64,000 nucleotides of DNA, from positions 1 through 64,000 of IMG/VR virus record IMGVR_UViG_3300014204_007089; one strand, 5' to 3'. The translations under genes were made by a program, and so were the position numbers. Each line of letters starts with the position of its first letter. Positions within the stretch are counted from its first letter, which is position 1. Shown piece by piece: positions 22,301 to 32,400 of the stretch. The notes beneath the pieces were generated by a model, which saw nothing but the letters and a program-made list of their open reading frames with translations, did not search any database and was not told where the DNA came from. Source of the DNA: a virus. Lineage: Duplodnaviria; Caudoviricetes.

Positions 22301-22621
22301 ACCATCTTTTTTAATTGGTATATCAGATTCAATTTCATTAAATGTTAAAAGAGCTAAACCTCTTGATTTTGAACCTGTTTTACGAGGTGCGCCATAATTC
22401 GAAGCTAGAGCATCTATATCAGAACCTAATGATAATAATAAAGATTGTTTATTTTGAATATGTAATAATTCTTCGTATAAACGAGACATTTGAACAGCTT
22501 GTCCATCAACAAAAAGATCTCTACCTACTTCTCCTGGTTTTAAATCAAGTAAAGGTATAGCAGTTCTATAAAAATCTAATATACTTAGAACTATATCATT
22601 AGCAGTTCGAACTCGTACCAT
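19349..22621 (-). CDS. Baseplate wedge protein (baseplate J / T4 gp6-like)
   Basis: GSDIDALASNYG.PRK, V.CATTGSGGNI, VTNAASFGGGSPSESDSAYKRRI, ISGVDRARV. Confidence 0.85.
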   Translation of the reverse strand: MVRVRTANDIVLSILDFYRTAIPLLDLKPGEVGRDLFVDGQAVQMSRLYEELLHIQNKQSLLLSLGSDIDALASNYGAPRKTGSKSRGLALLTFNEIESDIPIKKDGLVIASNGMSFAVVTSTTVLYANKNTYRATASKNRAALDFVGISDEYAIEVLVVCATTGSGGNISRYSLKNTTIAGVSRVTNAASFGGGSPSESDSAYKRRILGIFSGANTGTETGYKNIVLADPDVIDAIVVGPGDVLMTRDGTDVYTAEDGTKTIISEGTGGKVDIYIFGYRLTEIIDSFIYFDHSNKDDPTDISNDFVLGQIDGDENKTVSRRRIDNLLNQELPNQPVTSIIDVSGSSSGSNFKLKSIDTIGRISGNYELVFDNGAYAGSVWGFDRLRWIDNHVRNLLEDITKGKFNSQDPTGFSDVSEIKNVQQSLQIINENSRLLSNNRAYIQLSHSPVNSVSRVFNFTTGERYIVSNQNPDGGDQNTTGRILISGSTLPSISDILQVDYTWLFDYSPHWDFDNKVNSFNIRNVGDSIDWGYSNNIRREETTIQSEGVSNQKVIYVTHDINSVVNVNRFTTQEEVNITLVSNRLAVIVESVVLNVISIIRDSDNAELYNTVNNDGSFSAFTIFLPTNTIGEVGDGYLTVKYNAEDKFTQDGVSGSFNANKITLPANTDASDGYLVEVNYLADTRQLLSSVLLSNLPVTRNGNAFSINNSNFITGTQPTTHIYSYGNIIQKNLKLAPSRLKLTLSGSISPGVLTIAGTTMQGIIEGVFVASANGLTQNLSSLIKTALSLTSNQTIPLNVNIIKLVKFEKVQINSNKDVIAVEHEYDTFGYEIKNNDFAKFESLKNTTLTSVQIKLPNTINNNTIVPVVGDAFRVTFYIGTINSPESGYTETESISFTKSGTLYTQKIFAFIDSISKASGFISGENTSTLSIAPQNQPAQGTRYSSYYDYLAPKPNERITIRYNQNQIINDNTFAIASKNIIGGDVLAKSSIAKLVNINIAIVVSKGYENSSSVVIQNVKDSITNSLNATTLNTTIDESDFVTVAYTISGVDRARVLQFNVNGQTGRVLSITADKNEYIQANEVTVQIELR

Positions 22622-22690
22622 CGTTTGTCCTTAAATATTATATTAATATATATCCATCAACTCAAATAATACAAAAAAATGCACTGTTAA

Positions 22691-22738
22691 GTGAACTACC
22701 CTAACCTAAAAATAATGGCTTCTTGCACATTATGTTAA
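22691..22738 (+). mobile_element. ~50-bp hairpin repeat copy 4
   Basis: GTGAACTACCCTAACCTAAAAATAATGGCTTCTTGCACATTATGTTAA; terminal TTAA supplies the stop of 22735..23166. Confidence 0.6.
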
Positions 22739-23166
22739 AACGTATCAATACCAAATGATATTGGAATTCTTTGAAAAGATTTAGATATCACTGTTAAATA
22801 TATTAAATAATATCTAGAATCATTACGAGCTTGAGAAACTTTTATATTTTCAATAACTGCAATTTGTTCATCTGGTGTAACAGCTTGATTTTGTTTTAAT
22901 TGTTCTAATTGAAGTTGTTGTAATCTCTCAATACTTGATTTTAATTGATGTGTAGCAATATCTTCTAAAAATTCTTGTTCATAAATTTTTCCAATTAAAG
23001 CCTTGCTTATTGGAGAACCATAAGCTGGAAAAAATGGATTTGAACCTAATGGAGTACTAATAAGTTTTAAAACATCTTGAACAAGTTTATCAGATCCTTC
23101 AACTATATCCAAATCACCATTTTTTATTATCAAATCCCCAGCTATAAGTTTTAAATCAAATGACAT
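22735..23166 (-). CDS. Baseplate wedge / sheath initiator (gp25-like)
   Basis: DLKLIAGDL...KLVQDVLKLISTPLGSNPFFPAYGS; directly upstream of the baseplate J gene. Confidence 0.8.
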   Translation of the reverse strand: MSFDLKLIAGDLIIKNGDLDIVEGSDKLVQDVLKLISTPLGSNPFFPAYGSPISKALIGKIYEQEFLEDIATHQLKSSIERLQQLQLEQLKQNQAVTPDEQIAVIENIKVSQARNDSRYYLIYLTVISKSFQRIPISFGIDTF

Positions 23167-23225
23167 TTTACTCCAGTTAAATATATCGAACTATTAGTAA
23201 AAAAAAATAATATAAATGAACATAC

Positions 23226-23276
23226 GGCAATTCATTCCTCATCTAAAGGAAATGGACTTCTTGCACGTTAAGTTAA
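23226..23276 (+). mobile_element. ~50-bp hairpin repeat copy 5
   Basis: GGCAATTCATTCCTCATCTAAAGGAAATGGACTTCTTGCACGTTAAGTTAA; terminal TTAA supplies the stop of 23273..24970. Confidence 0.6.
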
Positions 23277-24970
23277 AAGAAAGTTCCAATATCCCTTGAA
23301 ACATCACCACCTTCACTATCAGTAAGTGATCCTTGTGCTCTAACATATAACTTATCTGCATACGAAAGAATGCTCATAATTCTTTCTTCAAATTCTTTAT
23401 AATATTTAACAGCTTCACCAGTATTATTTTTTCTGTTAATTACTTCATTCGTTCTTAATGATTTGATTTCGTATAATCGCTGTATAGCTGCATCATCTAT
23501 TAAATTAAGTAACACTGTAATATCTACGGACCACATTGCCATATATATTGCAAATATATCTATTAATCCTAATCCGCTAACTTCACCAGAAATATATTCA
23601 ATTATACTTAAAGCAGAACTTGCCTCAGCTTCAAGATTAGATCTTTTATTTTTTTCTTCTTGTATTTGTTTGTTAAACGTTTTTGATAATTCTTGAGAAA
23701 AAGGAATTGTAAAATCTCCATAAGATAATCCATCTCCTAATTCAACTTGATTTGTAGCAAATAAATTTTTAGCCTCTAATTGGGTAATCCTACGCTCTAA
23801 TTCCCAACTATCTTTAAAAGCAACTGGTTTAACAAAACCAGTTGTTATAGTTGTTCCAGATTCAGGACCACCTTCATCACATAATGGTGTCCAAACAATC
23901 TGTTTGCTTATACGTTCAACTGTTTCTAAACATTCCATATAAGCACTTATAATGCCCTTAAAACTTCTAACAAAATCATCTAAAATATTTAATTCAAGAT
24001 AAGATGTTCCTTTTAAAACACGATCTATATCAACATCATTAACCCCTGTATTAGAAAGTATCGCAGCAATTTCTCTTTTTTTATTAATAGAAATAACTCC
24101 TTCGTAAGTTGTTATTGATTGTTGAAATGTAGAATTATTGTTTTGTATGATGTTTTGTTGACGTAATCTTAATCTTAATATTAATTCAATTCCTGGACGC
24201 TTTATATATTTTCCTCTTTCATGTTCTAAATCTTTATTATTTAAAAATGGCACTCCAACCATAACACTTGATTTACCTGAAGATGGTTTTAGTTTTTCAG
24301 AAATAACAGGATCAGTTATAAATGGTCTAAGAATATGTTCTACACTATCATATGTTTGTTCAATATCAGAACCATCATTTTTCTTATATCTTGTCTTTAT
24401 AAATTTAGCTCTTTCTGGAATTTTTACTGTTTGTTTATCAAAATTATTTAATGCATCAATATTTTTATCCATACACATAAATAATCTTGTTCCATTTGGA
24501 ACGGCTAATGCTATACTATAAATAGAAGAATCTGAATTTGCAGTATAAAATTTACCATATCTATCCCTAGAAGATGATTCTCTTTTTGAAATTGCATTTT
24601 TAACATTTTCTGGAATTTTACTATTAATATTATTATGAAGAGCCCTATCATCAGTTGAAAGTGTTATTTTATTTTTTCCAGTATATCCTGTATTATAAAA
24701 TCTACCACTAGGTTCAATTGCTGGTAATCCTAAAATTCTATAAAAAGCATGAGCTCTACTTTCCTGAGGTATATTAGGATTTGCCGAAACAATATCATTT
24801 GATAGACTATCAAATGGCATTTTAACATTTGGTGAACTTTTACTACGATAATTTTCTATTGGTTTTATAAATTTGTTTATTAAAACATCAATATCAATAT
24901 CAACAGCATCTTGAGCATCTAATGCACTCTCTTCTTGAATTTCACCAATAGAACTTGTTGCATCTACCAT
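23273..24970 (-). CDS. Hypothetical baseplate-region protein (helical)
   Basis: 565-aa ORF inside the baseplate cluster. Confidence 0.7.
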   Translation of the reverse strand: MVDATSSIGEIQEESALDAQDAVDIDIDVLINKFIKPIENYRSKSSPNVKMPFDSLSNDIVSANPNIPQESRAHAFYRILGLPAIEPSGRFYNTGYTGKNKITLSTDDRALHNNINSKIPENVKNAISKRESSSRDRYGKFYTANSDSSIYSIALAVPNGTRLFMCMDKNIDALNNFDKQTVKIPERAKFIKTRYKKNDGSDIEQTYDSVEHILRPFITDPVISEKLKPSSGKSSVMVGVPFLNNKDLEHERGKYIKRPGIELILRLRLRQQNIIQNNNSTFQQSITTYEGVISINKKREIAAILSNTGVNDVDIDRVLKGTSYLELNILDDFVRSFKGIISAYMECLETVERISKQIVWTPLCDEGGPESGTTITTGFVKPVAFKDSWELERRITQLEAKNLFATNQVELGDGLSYGDFTIPFSQELSKTFNKQIQEEKNKRSNLEAEASSALSIIEYISGEVSGLGLIDIFAIYMAMWSVDITVLLNLIDDAAIQRLYEIKSLRTNEVINRKNNTGEAVKYYKEFEERIMSILSYADKLYVRAQGSLTDSEGGDVSRDIGTFF

Positions 24971-24978
24971 AAATACAC

Positions 24979-27306
24979 CTATGACTTATCCTTTGATATA
25001 TCTTGATTACTAAAACGAATCTTGTTAATTCCGTCAAACGGAATAAATTTAAATTCATTAATCGGAATTCTAGTAATATTTCCAAAACCATCAGTAATTT
25101 CAATATTATTACCAACAACATTTCCATAAACAGTATTACCATTATTATCAATATATACGGGTACTAATCCATCAATAATTGGACCATAACCATCAGCATA
25201 TGAATGTATAATAGAAGTAGCATCAACAAATTCATATTCTAAAATCTTTTCAATTATAGAACTTTGTTCATTAATAGACTCTCGATTTATAACTTTACTA
25301 ATAGATTCTTCTTTTATATACGCCGTCAATTCTCCTTTACCAGCAGTTTCACTTGTTAAAGTAGCAATAAAGTTATTATAACCATCAAATACAAATTCAG
25401 ATATTTTGCCAAATGTTGGAATTGCCGTTACAATTCCTGATAAACAGTTTGCAATTTCAGCTGTAATACCAGCTGTTAATAAAGTTCCACTTTTATCTTT
25501 CAAACGAATAGTAACATCTATATCTTTTTTAACAAATTGTAAATCTGTTGATATTTCAAAATCACTATTAAATCTATCTGCTGCAGCTGTTGCTGCACGA
25601 CAATAAAAATCAGTACAATCATTTCTTAAATCATTTAATGCTGTTACTGTTGTATTTTGAAATTCTTTAGCTGATTCTTCATTAATAGCACTTCTAAATT
25701 TTTCTAATGCTGCAGCAATTGTTCCTACAGTACCAGTTCCACTTTTTCTATCAGGATTTAAAGTACCAATATTAGGTAATTCTCCAACTTTATCAAAAAC
25801 ACTTCTTAAATCGTTAAACTCAGCATTAAAAACAGCAGATTCTATCGCTAAATCAGGTTGACACATAAGTGTTATTAATTTCCTATCAATTAAAACCTCG
25901 TGAACATACCTAAAATTATATGAAATATCATATATATAATCACTATCATCAATACTTGGAATCGAGCTGGATATAGCTTCTTTACCAAAAAATGTCTCTA
26001 ATGTTGCAGGTTTTCCATTAATAAAATATTGTTTATACCCATCTGCTGTTGTAGTATCAAATTCCCAAACACTTCCACCACCAATAAATATACTTCCTGA
26101 AGTAATAGTATTATCTACTTGATTATCCCATCGATAAGGATATTGGGTTGGTTTATATCTTACAATAAGATCTCTAATATTAAATTTTCTATATCCATCT
26201 AAATCTGCTGGATTTCCAAAAAGACTAGGGTTTACTCCAACATTCATATCTAATAAATATGGAACTCTAAAAGTATTAGCAGTACTATCATATGATTCAC
26301 CTTCTGGCCAATATGTAAATCCAGATGGTGATGGAGTAATAATATCTAAAAATTTAAATCCTTGTGGATTATCATCAATAAATTGAAAACGTTGTGGTCT
26401 TAATGGTGATAAACTATTAACACTTAAAAATGAAAATTCAGAAGGAATTACAGTATTAAGTTGTCGTTGATAAATAAAACGACCAGTTTCAGATCTTGGT
26501 CCGTCCGGACTATAATTTGATATAAAATCTGGACAAAAATCTTCTGTACAACAAATACCAAGAGCTTGTTGCACATCTTCAGGATCTCCACCTCCACTAC
26601 CCCTAGCACATACTCCACGACCACCAATATCCATTAATGGTCTTATTATTGCAAATAATGCACCCACTGCTAATAAAATAGCCATTAATTGTTCTAATAA
26701 ACATATTAGATTTGACATCTTTTGTATGCATTTTAAGATTGAATCTTCATCATGTTTATGTATAGCATCAACTAATACTATAATATTTGCTATTAATTGT
26801 TTAATATAATCAATAATTCTTTGTATTATATATTCTATTAATGCTATTAATAATAATATTAAAGCTAAAATCATTAATATTAAAGCGAGCCAAGGAAATA
26901 AAGCTAAAAATGCTGGTAAACATGTTTTAAATAAACGTTTTACAGCCTTTACAGTTGACCATGGATTCATAAGAGCACAAACAATATCAATTATACATAA
27001 AATAATATTAAGAAGTGCTTGTATAAATTTATAAAAAGCAAGAAATGGTGCTAGTTTATTTAATAAGTTTGCTATAGCATCCCATGCTGATTTTGAAAAA
27101 TCATCAAAATTTACATCAAGTCTAATACCTGTAGGAAGTAATGCAAATAATCTTTCCATTAAATCTAATAAATCTTCAGGTCCAAATGAAGGATTTACAT
27201 CAGGAAATGGTGTTTTTGGAATAGAAAAAGGATCGCCCATACCAGGTAAATGTGGTCCAGGACCAACTATAATGTCTATACTATTTTTTGATGGATCACA
27301 AACCAT
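24979..27306 (-). CDS. Baseplate-region protein with hydrophobic helices and an Ig-like C-terminal region
   Basis: AFLALFPWLALILMILALILLLIALIEYII hydrophobic run; DVTIRLKDKSG...FIATLTSETAGKGELTA invasin/Ig-like; 4 DGY. Confidence 0.55.
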   Translation of the reverse strand: MVCDPSKNSIDIIVGPGPHLPGMGDPFSIPKTPFPDVNPSFGPEDLLDLMERLFALLPTGIRLDVNFDDFSKSAWDAIANLLNKLAPFLAFYKFIQALLNIILCIIDIVCALMNPWSTVKAVKRLFKTCLPAFLALFPWLALILMILALILLLIALIEYIIQRIIDYIKQLIANIIVLVDAIHKHDEDSILKCIQKMSNLICLLEQLMAILLAVGALFAIIRPLMDIGGRGVCARGSGGGDPEDVQQALGICCTEDFCPDFISNYSPDGPRSETGRFIYQRQLNTVIPSEFSFLSVNSLSPLRPQRFQFIDDNPQGFKFLDIITPSPSGFTYWPEGESYDSTANTFRVPYLLDMNVGVNPSLFGNPADLDGYRKFNIRDLIVRYKPTQYPYRWDNQVDNTITSGSIFIGGGSVWEFDTTTADGYKQYFINGKPATLETFFGKEAISSSIPSIDDSDYIYDISYNFRYVHEVLIDRKLITLMCQPDLAIESAVFNAEFNDLRSVFDKVGELPNIGTLNPDRKSGTGTVGTIAAALEKFRSAINEESAKEFQNTTVTALNDLRNDCTDFYCRAATAAADRFNSDFEISTDLQFVKKDIDVTIRLKDKSGTLLTAGITAEIANCLSGIVTAIPTFGKISEFVFDGYNNFIATLTSETAGKGELTAYIKEESISKVINRESINEQSSIIEKILEYEFVDATSIIHSYADGYGPIIDGLVPVYIDNNGNTVYGNVVGNNIEITDGFGNITRIPINEFKFIPFDGINKIRFSNQDISKDKS

Positions 27307-27314
27307 ATATTATC

Positions 27315-29363
27315 CTATATTTTTACACCAGGTGTTCTCTCAACTTCTCTAGGAGGTGACATGCTGCTATAAAATGTAATATTCTCAGCATCAAATGTTA
27401 TATTATTCTTAACAGATTTAAACCTCATCTCCCCTTCACTAACTATATCAATTCTTTGTGGTGTATGAATTTTTATTCCTTCATTATCAACTCTTATAGT
27501 ATGAAAACTTCCAGAATTCCATATCCTAATATCTATTATTCCATCTCTTGCTGTGTTATTATAATTAACTGTAGGGAATCTTGAATCATCATTAATTGTG
27601 GGACCACCCACTTCCAAAAATAAATCTCCATCTAATGAAGCAGAAACAGATCTATTATATTTATCTCTTCCAATTGCAGATACTATACCACCAGCACAAT
27701 CCAACCATAAACTTTGACGATCAACTGTATTAGCACCAATACTTAAAGACAAAAACCCATCAAGTGAAAAAGTACCACTCCTACCACCAGCATTAGCTCC
27801 ATTACCAGCTACGATAACTTCCGAAGATACAATATCACTAACTGGAGGTATTAAATTTAAAATACTATTTGGATATCCTCCCGTACCACCATCACTTCCA
27901 TATATATTCTCAAATTTATGTGAAAATAATACATTATTTATATAATGATAAGCTGTTCCTAATTGTATTATATTATCTTTATTATTTCTATCAGTTGGAG
28001 ATAAATAACTATTTAATTCATCTTCATTACTCTTTAAAGTTACACACCCCTTTCCATAAGGTTCTAAAAATACATCTTTCTTATCTGTACCATTGCGTAA
28101 AAATTGCCCACGATCAGCTGATTTTTGAGATTTAGAATCACCTTGCTCAAATCCTTTCAAATTAGAAAAATTTTCATGACGTACTAATAATGGAACGTTT
28201 CCTACCTCACTAGAACATGGAACATTAATTTTAAATTGACCTTCTTTATCTATATCTAATTGAAATCTGCTTCTATTTCTAACATAATCAGTTGTATCTT
28301 TATAATCCGGAAGATTGAAATTATTTTTTCTAGCATTTAATTCAAAATGATATGCTACACTTTTTCTTAATTGCTCTAATAATTTTTTAAAAACAATATT
28401 TTTATTATCTTCAGTTGATTTTCTAAATGATAATGAATCTATTAAACCATTTGGTAAAATATTTCTATTTAAATCTAAAATATTTCCATAAATATCAACA
28501 ACAGTACCAATTATAATTTCTAACAAATAATTTGGTTGATCTAAACTAAGACTTAAAGTATCTGTAATACTGCTTTTTCTTTGGTAAGATTTTGTACTAG
28601 AAACATCTTCTCCAGCATATAATCTTTCCTCTTCTATATCACTTGTATAACTAAAACTATCTATAAATTCATAGAACATCGAACGATTTTCTGTTAAACC
28701 AGGATTTCTATTTCCACCTACCGAAACAGATACATTAGTAAATGGATCTAATCCTATATGTCTTAAACCTGCGCTATAATTATGTCCATATAATGAAGAA
28801 CCATCTTCTCCACGAGTACTACTTGATTTATCATCTCTTTTTATTGGACCAATTGTTTGTCTATGAGCTTCTGAAAAACCCATCAATTGATTAAATTTAG
28901 TACTCCACATATTATGAACAGGATCTGCTTGAGTAAATTGAAGTGAATCTCCTTCTAATATTCCTTGATTAGGATCAACTATAAAACTAATATCATTTTG
29001 TACAAGTGTTACCCATCTTCCAGGTCCTAATTTGGTACTTGAATCAACTCTCCTTTTACCACTTGGAGAATATGACCTTGTCATTTTTTGTTGATTATAA
29101 TTTAAAAAAACAAATTCTCCACCTTGACTAACAGTAACAAAAATATTTGTACCTATCTCTGGATAACCTAAGGCAACTTCCCCATGTATACCCATCCAAG
29201 CAGCTGGCCATTTTACTGGATACTGTATATCAGTATCTGTATGAGGAAGATTAACATAAACAATACCATTTTGTATATCAACACTCTTAATAACACCTCG
29301 CACAGGTATACCAATTACTGAACCTATGTTACCTATGTTTGTTTGTTTTTGAATTTTACTCAA
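27315..29363 (-). CDS. Baseplate central spike (gp5/gpV-like)
   Basis: N-terminal OB-fold-like GVIKSVD...GYPEIGTNIFV; C-terminal beta-strand repeats (IRVDNEGIKIHT..IDIVSEGEMRFKS); follows the hub gene. Confidence 0.6.
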   Translation of the reverse strand: MSKIQKQTNIGNIGSVIGIPVRGVIKSVDIQNGIVYVNLPHTDTDIQYPVKWPAAWMGIHGEVALGYPEIGTNIFVTVSQGGEFVFLNYNQQKMTRSYSPSGKRRVDSSTKLGPGRWVTLVQNDISFIVDPNQGILEGDSLQFTQADPVHNMWSTKFNQLMGFSEAHRQTIGPIKRDDKSSSTRGEDGSSLYGHNYSAGLRHIGLDPFTNVSVSVGGNRNPGLTENRSMFYEFIDSFSYTSDIEEERLYAGEDVSSTKSYQRKSSITDTLSLSLDQPNYLLEIIIGTVVDIYGNILDLNRNILPNGLIDSLSFRKSTEDNKNIVFKKLLEQLRKSVAYHFELNARKNNFNLPDYKDTTDYVRNRSRFQLDIDKEGQFKINVPCSSEVGNVPLLVRHENFSNLKGFEQGDSKSQKSADRGQFLRNGTDKKDVFLEPYGKGCVTLKSNEDELNSYLSPTDRNNKDNIIQLGTAYHYINNVLFSHKFENIYGSDGGTGGYPNSILNLIPPVSDIVSSEVIVAGNGANAGGRSGTFSLDGFLSLSIGANTVDRQSLWLDCAGGIVSAIGRDKYNRSVSASLDGDLFLEVGGPTINDDSRFPTVNYNNTARDGIIDIRIWNSGSFHTIRVDNEGIKIHTPQRIDIVSEGEMRFKSVKNNITFDAENITFYSSMSPPREVERTPGVKI

Positions 29364-29430
29364 ATTATCACCTAACTATTCAACTGTACTATTTAACTGT
29401 TTATATATTATATTGGAAAATTATTAATTT

Positions 29431-32400
29431 TTAAGAAATTCTTCCAATTTGGCGAGCTTCATCAATTGAAGCATTTGACTGTTGACCATATTCACTTCCA
29501 TCATCTGATTGACTTATTGTTTCTTTAACATCTTCATAATCTACAAATAAATCTAAAATACAACTAGCTAATATATTTGAAAATTGTGTTGGTTTAATAT
29601 CTGATGCTGACATTACTCTGGTAGCTGCAATAGCTGCACTAGAAGGTCCTTGTGTATTTGGTTCAGGAGATTTGTTTTCTGGATAAGTACGACGTCTAGT
29701 TTGTTGTTTGGAATTTGTTAAATCAACCTCTTCAATTATAATATCTTCAGCATTAATACCAAATACTTTTTGATTTCCTGTACCATCTTGCATAAAAACA
29801 TCAGCACTAAGACCATCAGGTGTCATTTTTTCTGGAGAAACAAGCCATTCAAGAACAGCTGTTGCTAATTGAGCCATGTAAGTAGCTGTATCTTCTTGTG
29901 TTTTATAATATACTATTTTTATTCTTGTTTTATTAGTACCAAATCCAGTTTGATTAAAATTACCACTTATAGCAAATAATGTATTTGTAAGAATATTCTT
30001 ATTTCTTTCTCCATTCCTACCACTTAATAATTTTACCATAGGTTCTGTGTTACTAAATAATATATTATTTTCACTTATAGATTCTGTAAATGAAATTTTA
30101 TTTTCAATTGTTAAAGCTCCTAATGAACGAGAAGCTCCTAACATCTGATATCTTTCATTTCTAAATCTACCAGTAAAACCACGGCTATTATATAAAATTT
30201 TACCAACAACATCTAACATAGTTGGAATATATTCACCTGAATTGTGACCATATGAAAGATCTAATGTTGTATTTAATTGCCCATAACTAAAATTATGTTG
30301 CACACCTCTAACATAAAATAATAAATTTCTATCTTCAATATATACAACATCACCAGGTTGATAAAACTCATTATAACCAGTAATTTGAACAGAACCTTGT
30401 AAAATATTTTCACGTGCCTGTAACAATGTAGCATATGCATATGGTGCGCATTGACTATCTGGATCACTTAAAAATGGAGCTTCAATAGATGTAGGCACTT
30501 TAAAACCATATTGATACCACATATCATAATCTACAGCTATAGCAGAAGACATTAGATTACTTTCGTTCTTTCCATCAAAATTTGTTTTAAAACTACTTCC
30601 AGAATCAACAAGACCTTCAGCAAACATTCCATTAACACTTATCATAGTGTATTGAGGAGCATTTTCAGAAATAGTCAAACTAACAATACGATCAGCTGTA
30701 ATAATAAAACGACGACCAGAATTAACTCCTAAATTATCATCATTTTCATATTCAATCATATGTTCTAAATATTCTGGAATTTCAGTATGTCTATTTAAAT
30801 TTGGAGTTGCTATAGAACGACCTACAGCATTAGAATTAGTTGGTTCATCTAAATTACTCAAACCACCACTAAAAATGTTTTGATTTTTTTCATCAGGTGT
30901 ATTGATAGATAAACCATCTACAAAACTTCTCATAGCATTTGAAAGAGAATATAATAATGTTTGTCTTTGTGATATTAAACTTCCAATTTGTAAAAATAGA
31001 TTTAATCTATCACTTCTACTTACTGCATGTGTTTCAAGACGACGAAATCTATCATTTGTAAAAAGATCACTAAGATTTTTTGGTTCAAGTCCAGTTTTAT
31101 TCCTTAGTTTTATTCTAATTTTTTCAACTATTGTAGCTTGTTGATCTGGATCAACTGTAGTATTAAATTCTTTATTAGCTTTGATTTGAGTACTAATAGT
31201 AAATAATCTATTCTTTTTTAAATATATTGAAATATTTTGTTGGTATTTACTAAGTTGTTCTTTTGCATCTTTAACTGATGTAAGTCCTTGAGAATTCGCA
31301 TGTTCAGAATATTCCGGACGAATTTGTGTTAATATAGCTGGAATATTTTGTATACCTCCATCAAATGTAGTTAAAAATCCAAAGTCCGCAGATGAATATG
31401 TTCCTATATTTGAACCACATACTATTAATTTAATAATTTCATCATCATTATTAGCGCCCAAAGCAACCGCTCTAAGCCTTATTTCATCTTCTATAATTTC
31501 TATTTGAGTTAATAAAGCCTTACTCTGATTAAAATATAATGATTCAAGAAAATCTGGAAATACTTTAGTTCCTTTTGTATCGCGATCTTTAAACATCTTA
31601 TAAAAAACAGAACTTGGTACTTTATTATATCCAGGTGGACGTGCTTCTATATGTCCTTGTGTATTTGCAAAGACTTCAAAACCAAGTAATTTTTTAACAT
31701 TATTAATCTGATCTGCAACAGATGAATATGGACTATCAAATAATTTAATAGTACTTCCAATCTTTCTTTCAAATGCCATTAAATCAAAATTTTTATCATA
31801 CTGATCATCTACTATAAATAAATTTTGATCTTCATTAGCTTTTACTTTCCAAAATCTTCTAGCTGTAAATCTAAATAAATTTCTTCTTAATTCTAATTCA
31901 TCTCTTTGTTTTTGAGCATTACTTGAACTAGCATCATTAACAGATGTTAAATTAGTATTTACATCTGTTCCCATAATCGTTAAACCAATTTCTTGATTGT
32001 TTGATTCTTTATATTTTTTATCAAAATATCCTTGAAGATTATTTATTTGTTCATCAATACTATCAAGTCTTCTTTTAGCATCAGTTGCTGCATCTGTTTC
32101 TATTGTATTAGTGGAAGAATTTGATAATACAGATTGTCCAGCTTCATTTTTAGTGAAAAGACTATTTAAATCTACATTAAAACCATCAGCTAACATCATT
32201 ATTTCATCTTCAACAGAAGCTCTTTCTCTAAGTAATTTTGTTAATTGTTCATTGTTCGAAACAGCATCTAATCTGGTTTGTGTAATTAAAGTGTTAATAG
32301 ATGGATTCATAACTAATTTTTTATAAGGTATAAAATTACCCCAAATACAATTAGTTTTTTCAATATCATTTAATAAACCTTGAATATAAGTAGTTGCAGC

